From: Nemertoderma westbladi
Taxonomy: Eukaryota > Animalia > Xenacoelomorpha
Reading direction: 5' to 3'
Length of the DNA stretch: 64,000 bases
Assembly (NCBI GenBank): GCA_032718475.1
Contig: JAUCBJ010007477.1
Location: 1 to 64,000, forward strand
The notes under the pieces were generated by a model. It saw only the letters and a list, made by a program, of their open reading frames with translations. It was not told the DNA's origin and did not search any database. This document shows, one piece after another, positions 1 to 9,696 of the stretch. The stretch's first letter is position 1, and each line of letters starts with the position of its first letter. The position numbers and the translations under genes are program-made.

Positions 1-196
1 CCTGAGTTGAACTGCGATCGTGTTGTATAATATTTAACTTTTTTCATTTTCAAGTAATTGAGTAAAACTTTATTGTCGAGTTCCAACCCTTGATCTGGCC
101 TGACTTGAACTGCAATCGTGTTGTATAATATTTAACTTTTTTCATTTTCAAGTAATTGAGTAAAACTTTATTGTCGAATTCCAACCCTTGATCTGT
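1..196. repeat. 98-bp tandem duplication inside the integrase fragment
   Basis: cctgagttgaactgcgatcg at 1 recurs as cctgacttgaactgcaatcg at 99; both units end ...ttccaacccttgatctg. Confidence 0.9.
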
Positions 197-215
197 ACAT
201 AAATTACGTGGTACT
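1..215 (-). pseudogene. Fragment of a Polinton-type rve integrase (not the family A allele), interrupted by the family B terminus
   Basis: Translation RNLCTDQGLEFDNKVLLNYLKMKKVKYY parallels NRIATDQGSEFLNKSVRKYLDTLGIQYY of the intact integrase at 29047; homology stops at the AGTAGT terminus at 216. Confidence 0.75.
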
Positions 216-545
216 AGTAGTATGGTAAACACCTGGAATAAAACAGCGTCTGCCATAGTCTACCATGTTAAAGAATTTGCCGAACGGCTCTTGCCCCGCC
301 TACTTACTATGATTACCATTGTTGCCCCACCCACTTACTATGGTTACTATGGTTACCATTGTGCATATGTAACATATGTCACCACTGTGTATATGTGACA
401 TATGTGGTATAAGGCCAGTCCACAGACGGAAGTAATTTAATTAATTCGTGTCTACCGGTTGGCGTTTGACCTTGAACCGCAATAGGTAAAACCCAATATA
501 GTAAGTGGGTTGCAGACGTTTGTTATAAAGTCTTTAACATGATAG
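216..545. repeat. Terminal inverted repeat of Polinton family B
   Basis: AGTAGT terminus typical of Polintons; same sequence at 48602 with different outer flank and different inner genes. Confidence 0.8.
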
Positions 546-619
546 ACTATTACAGACGCAACAACTAAAAAAGGTGAATAAACACAGACTAACGGTGGCT
601 ACCAATATTGTCAAGCAAT

Positions 620-1175
620 AAGTTGCGGGGGCGAGCCGCGAAGTGAGAATAAGGTATTTATAATATTATTTTAATTTGATTATTCTACCTATGGGGGCGA
701 GCCATGAAGTGAGTGATAGCATCGAAGTAAGGTTATTGTATTTATACTTATCACTACGCAACAAGTTGTGGGGCGAGCCACGAAGTGAGTATAAGGTTAT
801 AGTATTTATAATATTATTTTAATTTGATTATTCTACCTATGGGGCGAGCCATGAAGTGAGTGATAGCATCGAAGTAAGGTTATTGTATTTATAATATTAT
901 TATTTTAATTTGATCATTTACTTAAATCCGGCACCGCTTTATTTAAAAATTTCTCCCACCACCCCACCCGCTTATCCCGCTATCACCATCCGCCCAATCT
1001 TCTTCCTCATCCTCAACATCATTACCACCACCACCATCACCCAACATCCCCATCATTCCTTCCAACATTGAAAAAATGGGGCGAGCCATGAAGCGAGTGA
1101 AGCCTTAGCATATGGGTGCCATTAATGAGTTGTGGGGCGAGCTACGACGAAGTAAGGTTATTGTATTTATAATAT
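620..1175. repeat. Subterminal repeat array, core GGGGCGAGCCAYGAAGTGAG with GTAAGGTTATTGTATTTAT
   Basis: Core recurs at about 627, 693, 770, 841, 1078, 1134 and again near 48947 and 49055. Confidence 0.85.
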
Positions 1176-1250
1176 TATCATTATACCAACAAATTTGATT
1201 ATTATACTTAAATCTATCACCATTACTATTTTAAAATTTATTCCACCACC

Positions 1251-1694
1251 TCACCCATTTATCCCGCTATCCTCGCTATCTACATCCTCCGCATTATTAC
1301 CATTACCGCCACCACCATCACCCAACATCCCCATCATTCCTTCTAACATCTCAATCCTTTCTTTCATCACCTTCTCCTTTGCACACCTCTCAGCCTCCCT
1401 CGCTCTCCTAACCCCCTCAGCCTCCATCTCCAACTCCCAATCTTCACCCCACGCGCTGTTCTTTCTCGCCTCTTCCTCCAAATAATGGTTCTTCTCTATC
1501 TCCTCCCACGCATTTCTTGGATTTAATAACCTCTCCAACCGCGCTTCTACTTTCTCCCTCGCATACATAGCCACCAATATTGCTTCATTCTCCTTCGCTA
1601 TTTCAGCCGCCACATTCACATCTTCCACCTCTTCCATCTCTTCCTCCACATCCATATCTACTTCATCCACCACAAGTTCATTTTCCCCCAACAT
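1251..1694 (-). CDS. Acidic, coiled-coil-like hypothetical protein (family B)
   Basis: 147-aa E-rich ORF; its 3' end is partly duplicated at ~965-1068. Confidence 0.5.
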   Translation of the reverse strand: MLGENELVVDEVDMDVEEEMEEVEDVNVAAEIAKENEAILVAMYAREKVEARLERLLNPRNAWEEIEKNHYLEEEARKNSAWGEDWELEMEAEGVRRAREAERCAKEKVMKERIEMLEGMMGMLGDGGGGNGNNAEDVDSEDSGING

Positions 1695-1926
1695 ATCCGT
1701 GTATAATAAATAAAATAAAGTAATAAATATATAAATATGTGTATAATAATGTATAATACTATAAATAAATTTATATAATATTTATTTCAATCGATAATTC
1801 ATTATACCAACAAATAATTTACCACCACAAAATAATAATAATAATTTAACCGTGCCCGGCTCGTTGCGGCGACACCGCCTACGAACATGGTCTATTTTTA
1901 TAATAAAGTTTCTACCGCTCGAAGAT

Positions 1927-3225
1927 TCACACTGAATGTTTATTCTTCTTTATTTGAGGTTGCCCATTAGTCTCGATTTCATTAAAAATGTCTTCATCAT
2001 CATCCACATCATTTACGATGTCCTCTTCAAAGTCGCTGATATCTTCATACTCATAGCTAGGTGTTTTATTCACGATGAGATCAATTTTTCGCTTAAGCAC
2101 TTGTTCTTTCATGGCTTTAGGTGTTTTCATCTTCATCTGAGCGCTCACACCCCCAATGAGGGTATCAATATCCTTATAATCATTCTTTTTTTCAGCGCCG
2201 TCTACCCGCTTATTTTCTGCAATCGCGGGCAACCATATTTTTTTCTCATCCATTTTCTTAGCAGTGACTTTTACTGCTTCGGACGTCTTTGGCTGACTAG
2301 CGTTGTTCGGCATTTCCACTTTCATTAGTTCCTCGTCCGCTAATTCATCAATCGCTGCCTCAACAACTAACTTTTTAATCGGTAGAAACTCACACCCAGA
2401 CGGAATATCGTGGTCCGCGTACTTTTGTAATTGCTTAATTATCTTGACATTTGCGTTGTTTTGAGGGATGAAAATAACCTTTGTGTCGAAGTTGTGGGAC
2501 AAATATATCCCGTTTTCGTTAACGGTTGATGTGTACCTCATACTAACCTCGTCGATATTCTCGTTAACATTCTTATCTATGTTAAAGTCGAGCAAACAGA
2601 ATTCATCCGCTCTGAGATTCAACCCATTGTAATATAGAACACCCTTCCGCTGTCTACCTATATCATCCGCTTCCCAAACGCCGACAAATCGTTGCCCTTC
2701 AAAGTCGTAGATATATCCAATGTACCCACAATCTTCGAACTCCATAAAATTCTCATCATGAATTTCCTTCTTTTTTGGTTCAATACGGGAAAGAACGACT
2801 TTGCCGTAGATGCTTTGTAAGACATCTAGAATTTTTCGCGAGATAAAAATTGATGCACCGTTTTTCCCAATGCGTAAGTACGCATGATTTATCGGTGTTA
2901 TAAGCAAATTGCCTCGGGTGTATTCCTTGTAATATTCAACGGCTATTTTATTATAATTGAGGAAGTCAAACAGGAATCTTATGTTCTGGTAAGTAAGACT
3001 TACCGATTCTTGCACGACGTTGCATCCTTTGGTATCACCCCAACGGTTGAATCGAACGTATTTCCCGTTAAATGCTTTTATTTCTATTCCTTCCCCCAAA
3101 CACTCGAGGCCCCACACACTCTTACCTGTAATCACCGATACGTATGGGGCGGGCGCGCTATCAGTAGAGCTACCGCTTAATGACATCATTTTTGGTTGTG
3201 ATGGTTTCACAGATTCCATCAACAA
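1927..3225 (-). CDS. Family B protein with putative PC4-like ssDNA-binding repeats and acidic tail
   Basis: 432-aa ORF; YIYDFEGQRFVGVWE...YYNGLNLRADEFCLL aligns with FVTAFKGTNYVGLWK...YYTGFNLSNQELTVL of 21347-22411 and follows the PC4 pattern. Confidence 0.6.
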   Translation of the reverse strand: MLMESVKPSQPKMMSLSGSSTDSAPAPYVSVITGKSVWGLECLGEGIEIKAFNGKYVRFNRWGDTKGCNVVQESVSLTYQNIRFLFDFLNYNKIAVEYYKEYTRGNLLITPINHAYLRIGKNGASIFISRKILDVLQSIYGKVVLSRIEPKKKEIHDENFMEFEDCGYIGYIYDFEGQRFVGVWEADDIGRQRKGVLYYNGLNLRADEFCLLDFNIDKNVNENIDEVSMRYTSTVNENGIYLSHNFDTKVIFIPQNNANVKIIKQLQKYADHDIPSGCEFLPIKKLVVEAAIDELADEELMKVEMPNNASQPKTSEAVKVTAKKMDEKKIWLPAIAENKRVDGAEKKNDYKDIDTLIGGVSAQMKMKTPKAMKEQVLKRKIDLIVNKTPSYEYEDISDFEEDIVNDVDDDEDIFNEIETNGQPQIKKNKHSV

Positions 3226-3823
3226 ATTTTGCGAAATATTAATAATTAAGTGTAAAAATAAAAATACAATAATATCGCGCTATACAATGTGCGAAAAATA
3301 TGATAATGAATGAATTAACCCGAATGACGAAATAAAGTATTTTTACGACGTATTTATAAATAATATAATGATGGGCTATCGGGAAAACGGGTATATTTTA
3401 ACCATTCAACCGGATTAATCGCTATTGTCCTGAGATAATTTTTTTGAAAAGCTTCCTACAAATTTCGAGGGAAATATTTATTTACGCTTAAATTGGTTGA
3501 CGTAAGTGGTAACAGCTTGCGGTGGCGATTAATGCGGTCTATATAAATTTTTATAAGACACACCCCAGAAATTCCGCAGAATATTACTCACGGTTAAATT
3601 GATTGACGTCAACTGTATTAACTGTGTAGCTTCTTAGAAGTTTCATAATTTTAAGCATGAGCGAATTTAATTTAATGTTGGCATAGCAAACTTTTCTCTC
3701 CCGATAGATATTTTTCTGTAATCATTTTTACTAAAAACGAACGATTGCGGCGCGCGAACGACATTTTAAAGACACACCCATTATAAATATACCCATTGGT
3801 CAAAATATTATTGATTAAGCGAC

Positions 3824-4024
3824 ATGGCAATACTAGGGCAGCTTGAGTCTATAGATAAGATTATTTTTTCAAATATATTATTCATTGTTACCTTTCTTTT
3901 TGGAATTTTTTTAGGTAAAATACGTCGTAATGAAAAAATGTTTCCAATAATACAAGCTGAAAATAGTTACCGCGGTCCTAATTCAATTATTCCAATTAAC
4001 AAATACAAAACAAAACACAAATAA
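3824..4024 (+). CDS. Small single-pass membrane protein candidate
   Basis: 66 aa with hydrophobic IIFSNILFIVTFLFGIFLG then basic residues; ATG preceded by TATAAATA near 3782. Confidence 0.4.
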   Translation: MAILGQLESIDKIIFSNILFIVTFLFGIFLGKIRRNEKMFPIIQAENSYRGPNSIIPINKYKTKHK

Positions 4025-4040
4025 AAACAAAAAAAAATAC

Positions 4041-4557
4041 AAAATAGGTTGCAATTTATTTTAGGGAAAACTGTACGAGAGTTATTTATAGGTCAACAAT
4101 TAGCCTATTATTTTGGAATTAGTGAAAATAATCTCGGTGCGAATTTAAATCCAAATTTTAAAATTATTTTGAAGACGAAAAATAACATAAAGGGTTATTT
4201 AATAAAGATTATCGGAATTGAAGAAAAAGCTTACCAGATGGTATTTTTATGTCCTCAACCACCCAATTCTATTCCAGAACCTAAATCGAACATGTACGTG
4301 ACTACTAATATAATTGAAAATGAATATATTAATGATTTTGGCTTAGCTTTACTTTGTCGCGTGGCGATACCTGATGATGTGAAATATGGTAGTATAATAA
4401 ATAAAGAATTTGCCAAGGATACAATTCATTATATCCCTGTAAAAAAATCATATAAGATAACATACATTCATATTGAAATATCAGACAAAGAAGGAAAAGA
4501 TTTGAATTTTGAATACGGTACAACTTCTATTACCTTACACTTAAAAAAAAAATTAAA
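4041..4557 (+). pseudogene. Minor capsid protein 2, 5'-truncated
   Basis: Near-identical to 3' part of 31249-32097; extra A at the 3' end causes read-through. Confidence 0.85.
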
Positions 4558-5149
4558 ATGGATTCCGATTTATTTCAAAGATACAGTAAACCTCAATATG
4601 GCGGTGCAGACTCTAATCTTGCTGTTTTTAAAGGTGGTAGAAGTACGAGAGGCTCGACGCAAGTTCCTGTTTTTCGAGGTGGTTCATATATTGACCCTTA
4701 CGGTCAACAAATTGGTGCATTTGGTCCAAACTTAAAACAACGTCGATTTCAACGTTATCGTAGAGGTATGAGGACAAATCAACACGGGGAAGGTATATTT
4801 ACAGACACTTTATCTACATTGAAAAAATTTGGTAAGCCATTAGCAAAAAAAGTTTTACAAAAAGCTTTACCATTTACCACAAAATTTATGAGACAACACA
4901 TAATACCAAAAGGTAAGCGGGTCTTACATCAGCAGGCTAATTACCTTGGTAAGTTATAATTACCATCAGCAGGTTATTAATAAAGCATTAAATAAAATGA
5001 AACCATCAACAAGATCGGTTGTAGAAAAATTTTATAGAGATTTAAAGCGACCGACTAGACCAATGTCTATGAACATACCTCATCGTCGTAGTAAAAATAG
5101 AAAAATAAAAAAAGGCAAACTGAAACACTGCGAAAAAAGTATTTTTTAA
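4558..5149 (+). pseudogene. Basic core (pVII-like) protein, frameshifted
   Basis: Same as 32099-32662 but with an insertion at ~4941-4970. Confidence 0.8.
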
Positions 5150-5151
5150 CA

Positions 5152-6391
5152 ATGTCAATTATTAAGGAATTAGATTTATTTTCTACACAGCCAATACAGA
5201 CTGAATTTAAAGCAAAGCATTATGAAACAATTTACCCGGTATCTAATCTCAGAAGCGAGTCTAGGGAAGTCACGTTCCTTGTACCGAGATCCAATGAATT
5301 CTATACGAAACTGCAAGGTGCGTTATTAATTACAAAATGTACTGTACGGTGGGATAGACGACTTGAAAACTCCCATGTTTATATGTTGAATTACCCTTCT
5401 GGGACTATGTGGAGTGATATTAAAATAGACCTTAATGAGAAGCAGGTTGAAAATAGCAATAACCATTATTTCTACAAGTCGTACTTATCGAATTTATTAT
5501 TTACAACTTACGAGGCTAAAAATGGGTTACTGGGGGTGGGCGGCTTTCGTCAGCCTTGCAAATCCTGGCGCGCATCCTATTGGTGATGTCTTTAGTAAAC
5601 AAATGCAATTTGTAAGTGGATTGACTATTGATTTTGATACTGAAAGTAAAATAATACAACCCGGGTATGATTTAAGAATGCATTTTAGAAAAGTATCAAA
5701 TTCGTTTATTTTTAAAATCACTCCAAACGCAAACGCTGTGACAAATCTTTGGCTAGAATTAGATGAAGTAAAGATCCTAATCCCTAGAATGGAGGTTAAT
5801 CCAGTAATAGAAAGCAGTCACCTAAAAGGTTTAGAGAGTTACGATATTGAATATCAATTCCAAAAAAAGGAGGTTACAACATTTACTATTCCCGCTCAAA
5901 CCACAAATTACACCCAAACAAACATATTTGATAGTAAAAAACCCAAATTAGTTATTATCGGTTTCATAACAAATAACGCATATTCGGGAGAATTAATTAG
6001 TAACCCCTTGAAATTTGAACATTTTAATCTTAGACGCGCGGAACTGATTATAGATGGTCTTCCAGTAGGTGGAGTAATATACGAGCCTAATTTTACAGAT
6101 GGAACATACATTTTTGAGTATACTCAATTAATGAAAAACATTAATACATATATTAACGGTTACGGAGGTAATAATATAGACCATGAAACCTACTTAGGTA
6201 ATTGCCCGCTTATATCCTGGGACCTAACTGCTGATGGCTATGTTAGAGATCCGCAGCCATCGATATATACTAACGGACAATTAAAATTAAGATTTGCCGA
6301 ACCGTTGGTTGAGACCATAAATGTAATCGTTTTTAATATTTATGATCAATCATTAAGTTTAAATAGCAGGAAAGAAATACATATCGATTAA
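5152..6391 (+). pseudogene. Major capsid protein (double jelly-roll), one frameshift near 5560
   Basis: ELDLFSTQPIQT, YFYKSYLSNLL, PKLVIIGF, NPLKFEHFNL and WDLT motifs of Maverick MCP; two overlapping ORFs. Confidence 0.88.
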
Positions 6392-6393
6392 GT

Positions 6394-6846
6394 ATGATAT
6401 CTACAGAGGACCTTGATCTGTTTCCAGTGGGTGGTCACTATTTGGGAGCGTTTCCAGCTAACAAATTACCTAAATTAGATAATAATAAGCAGAGAGATTA
6501 TGGGTTAATAGTAAATACCGATAAAGAGCATCTTCCCGGGATTCATTGGATCGCAATATATATACGAGATAATGAAGCCGAATTATTTGACTTGTTTGGA
6601 CCAAAATATCCAAACAGATGTATCGAAAAATGGCTTGAGAAAAATTCAGCGAGGTGGCGTACTACTCACAAACAATTTCAAGACCCTAGACGAACCACAT
6701 GCGGCCTATACTGTCTTTATTATTTGGTAAATCGAATTCACACAATCTATCCAATGAGAGCGTTTACAAATAATGTGGAAATAAATGAAATAATATTATA
6801 TAAATGGCTTGTTAATTATTATAAAATAAACCAACAAGCGTTGTAA
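6394..6846 (+). CDS. Adenain-like cysteine protease
   Basis: IVNTD...PGIHWIAI, FD, Q...TCGLYCLYY catalytic His/Asp/Gln/Cys pattern. Confidence 0.9.
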   Translation: MISTEDLDLFPVGGHYLGAFPANKLPKLDNNKQRDYGLIVNTDKEHLPGIHWIAIYIRDNEAELFDLFGPKYPNRCIEKWLEKNSARWRTTHKQFQDPRRTTCGLYCLYYLVNRIHTIYPMRAFTNNVEINEIILYKWLVNYYKINQQAL

Positions 6847-6877
6847 TTAATCATTTAACTTTTGTTTATCAGATAAA

Positions 6878-7477
6878 ATAGATAATATTATTTTTGTTGA
6901 TTTTCAATATTATACGATAGACAATAAGGAATATCCGGTAGTATTTAAAGAATTTGCTATATTCGATTCTAATTACACCAAAACTAATGTAAAGACGTTT
7001 TTAATTAAAGGTCCACCTAATATTAAGTTATCAGCATTAGATGTAGCCCACGTAAACAATTTACGGGACATGACTTCGCATTTACCTTGGGATTACGGCG
7101 ACATTTCGCAAGATGACTTTAAAAACTACATGAAGAGACATTTAAAATATAAAAAAAATATATATGTATTTGGGTTGATGAAGCTGACAATATTAATTAC
7201 CGAACTTGATGTTCTCGCACCAAATTTGATGGAGAAATTGGGAATATATCAGCGATATTACGATTATTTAACCCCTTGTCGCTTCCATGATCAATTTACT
7301 ACAGTAGAAAATAAATGCGCTTTCCACTTAAACACAAAGGATAACTGTCTGCGGTACTGCTCTGCAAAACGAGTCGGAGGGTATGAGATGAAGCGCTTTT
7401 TCGTGAGAAAGCGTTTAAGTGAGACTGATGATAAACAGAAAGAAATAACTGCGGTGGAAGATGTACTCTTACAGTAG
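6878..7477 (+). pseudogene. DEDD/DnaQ-like fold protein; start codon mutated ATG>ATA
   Basis: Orthologous to 34128-34703; frame is open from ATA at 6878. Confidence 0.65.
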
Positions 7478-8428
7478 GTTTACTCTAAGCATGTAATGTG
7501 ATGGGATTGTTTTAATTGTTTTAATGTCAATTGTTTTAATGTCAATAAAAATAATAAAAACATTAAAATCTATTTTTAATATCTCAGTTTGACTGAAGGT
7601 GTAGGGCTTAAGTTTACACTCACAAACACACTGCACCTACCGGTAGCCGGCTGTTGTATCAGAGTTTAACTACCAGTAGCTAGCTGACTTACACATACAG
7701 ACATATACCAACAACGCTAAACTGTAGAATGGCAGAATTGCTGCCCCTTCTAGACTGACAGCAACCACAGCGTTTTAGCGTTACTTACTAATAATAAAAT
7801 TAAATTAACTCGACATGAGGTTCGTGAATGTCGCATTAGAGTGGCCCTCCTAACAATAGGCCTACTGGTACCGGCCCTGTAGCAATCTTGTAACTGTATA
7901 CTTGGTTAGAGCAAGGGCATGCTGGTTTCTTTGATTTAAGGATTACGCTATTACACTTGAATGCTTCCAATTTTCTGTTTACAACTTTAATTGGTCTAAT
8001 CTACATTACTGCAGGATACTACTGTTGCATAGGTAAGCCTATACATCTATAGTTAACTTTATGGGGCCCAAAATGGTTTACGGTTAACCTTTAGAACTCA
8101 CACTAGGCGCACCTTCATTCGGTTAGGCATATAGGCCTAATCACTACTCCTCAACTGAAAGTCGCCTTGCACATTGATACAATAGGTGTGGCTAGCAATA
8201 TATAAAATTCACCGCGCCCAAGTTCATTCATTCACTTCATGTTGTAGGCCTATAGGCCTATAAAGCATAGTTAGTTTATTTATGTATTCGCTTTTTTTTT
8301 AATTAGATATAAAATATAAAATATACAATACAATACAAAAACCTACTGATACCGGTAACACACATTAACCCTCTACCTAACAGACGTGACTAATTATATA
8401 TGCCTATGAGTCTACTTGCTGTACGAAT

Positions 8429-8785
8429 CTACTGACGTATTCTCGGATCAGATGGAAGTAGTAGATTTGGTGTTGGAACTGGAGCTGCTGCTGCTATATC
8501 TTCATGTTCATCCCAGTTCTCTCCCCTACTATAATTATCCAGGCTTATCTGATGCGTCGCTCCAGGTTGTACTCTAACGTTTAAATTGAAGTTTTTATTG
8601 GTTGTCAATGTGGTTTGGTGACCTTGGCTGCTGCTGGTTTTATTTTTAATCATTATTGTTATTTCTCCGTTGTTGTTTTTTAAATGTAATTCAGTTACAT
8701 TTAATGATGTAAAATAAAGGTCGTCTCCATCAACATCAAATTTTAATAAACAGTCGCCGCTATTTTCAATGAAAGAAAATGCCAT
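8429..8785 (-). CDS. Hypothetical beta-rich protein with C-terminal PxDPR motif
   Basis: Frame conserved with 35625-35972 despite many substitutions and in-frame indels. Confidence 0.8.
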   Translation of the reverse strand: MAFSFIENSGDCLLKFDVDGDDLYFTSLNVTELHLKNNNGEITIMIKNKTSSSQGHQTTLTTNKNFNLNVRVQPGATHQISLDNYSRGENWDEHEDIAAAAPVPTPNLLLPSDPRIRQ

Positions 8786-9696
8786 CTTGGATGTTGCTGT
8801 TGGATGTTGGATGTCGGAACTGAAGTTTGTTGAGGTTAGTTTTTTTTCAAATATGAAGATAAGTTAGGCCTAGTCTATACCGGTATTTATTTTTTTATTT
8901 TACGGTAGGGAAACAAAATTATAGTTCACTGTTAGAAAAATTGAGTTTATATATATTTTTGTAGAGGGCCGCAGATGTTTAGATTACAAAATTCTCATAG
9001 TTAACAAAATGTAGAACATAAACCTTTCCCATGCGGATTAGCGATATATGTACTGTTCGTTGTTCTATTCTGAATGTAGGGAGATGCATAGCTGATGTTT
9101 TAATAATATGTACCGGTATACAGACTAGTAACAGATAGGGGGGCATCGTCTTTGACTATGAATACCAGCGCATGCTTTTCTCACCGAGCTTAGCGTTGCC
9201 TGCTGCACACACACGCACAATCATAAGTAACATATGCGCTATTGTAGCTCACTCGTGAGCAGCGATGCTTAGTTAGCTAGATAGCTACTGCCGCTGAGTA
9301 TACTATGCCTTCTTGAGTGTTACAAGCAATCGCTCTACTGAAGTTAGTTAGTTAATTTCCCCAACTAGTTGTTGATTTTAAAAAAAATATTCATAATTTT
9401 TTTTTTCCAGCCAAATTTAATATATATTTTACAGTAAAAATCTCCACCACCAAACAGCAACAACAACAACAATAAATTTCACTCACACTAATTATATTTT
9501 ACATCAAAAACCCTCGCACCAAACAATAATAAATTATTAACCAGTTTGTTGAATATAGGATAATATATATGAAATTTAAACGGGGAACACATTAATGTAC
9601 ATTTACCAGTGTAGAAGCAGCAAACAACAACAATATTATTTATTCTGACTTTACAGTTATTGAATATTTCGGGCTCGTATGAAATTTCTAGTTTAA

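Larger units (their letters stand above)
216..4040. mobile_element. Polinton family B, one terminal arm (TIR, subterminal repeats, accessory ORFs)
   Basis: Starts AGTAGTATGG; first ~330 bp nearly identical to 48602-48930, which leads into Polinton structural genes; encodes a homologue of the family A gene at 21347-22411. Confidence 0.75.

Noticed and set aside
620-1175. Possible CRISPR-like repeat-spacer array
   Set aside because: Intervening sequences are themselves duplicates of irregular length; eukaryotic context, no cas genes
1936-3313. Plus-strand ORFs opposite the PC4-like gene (and similar antisense ORFs opposite pPolB, MCP and the transposases)
   Set aside because: Shadow frames of real genes
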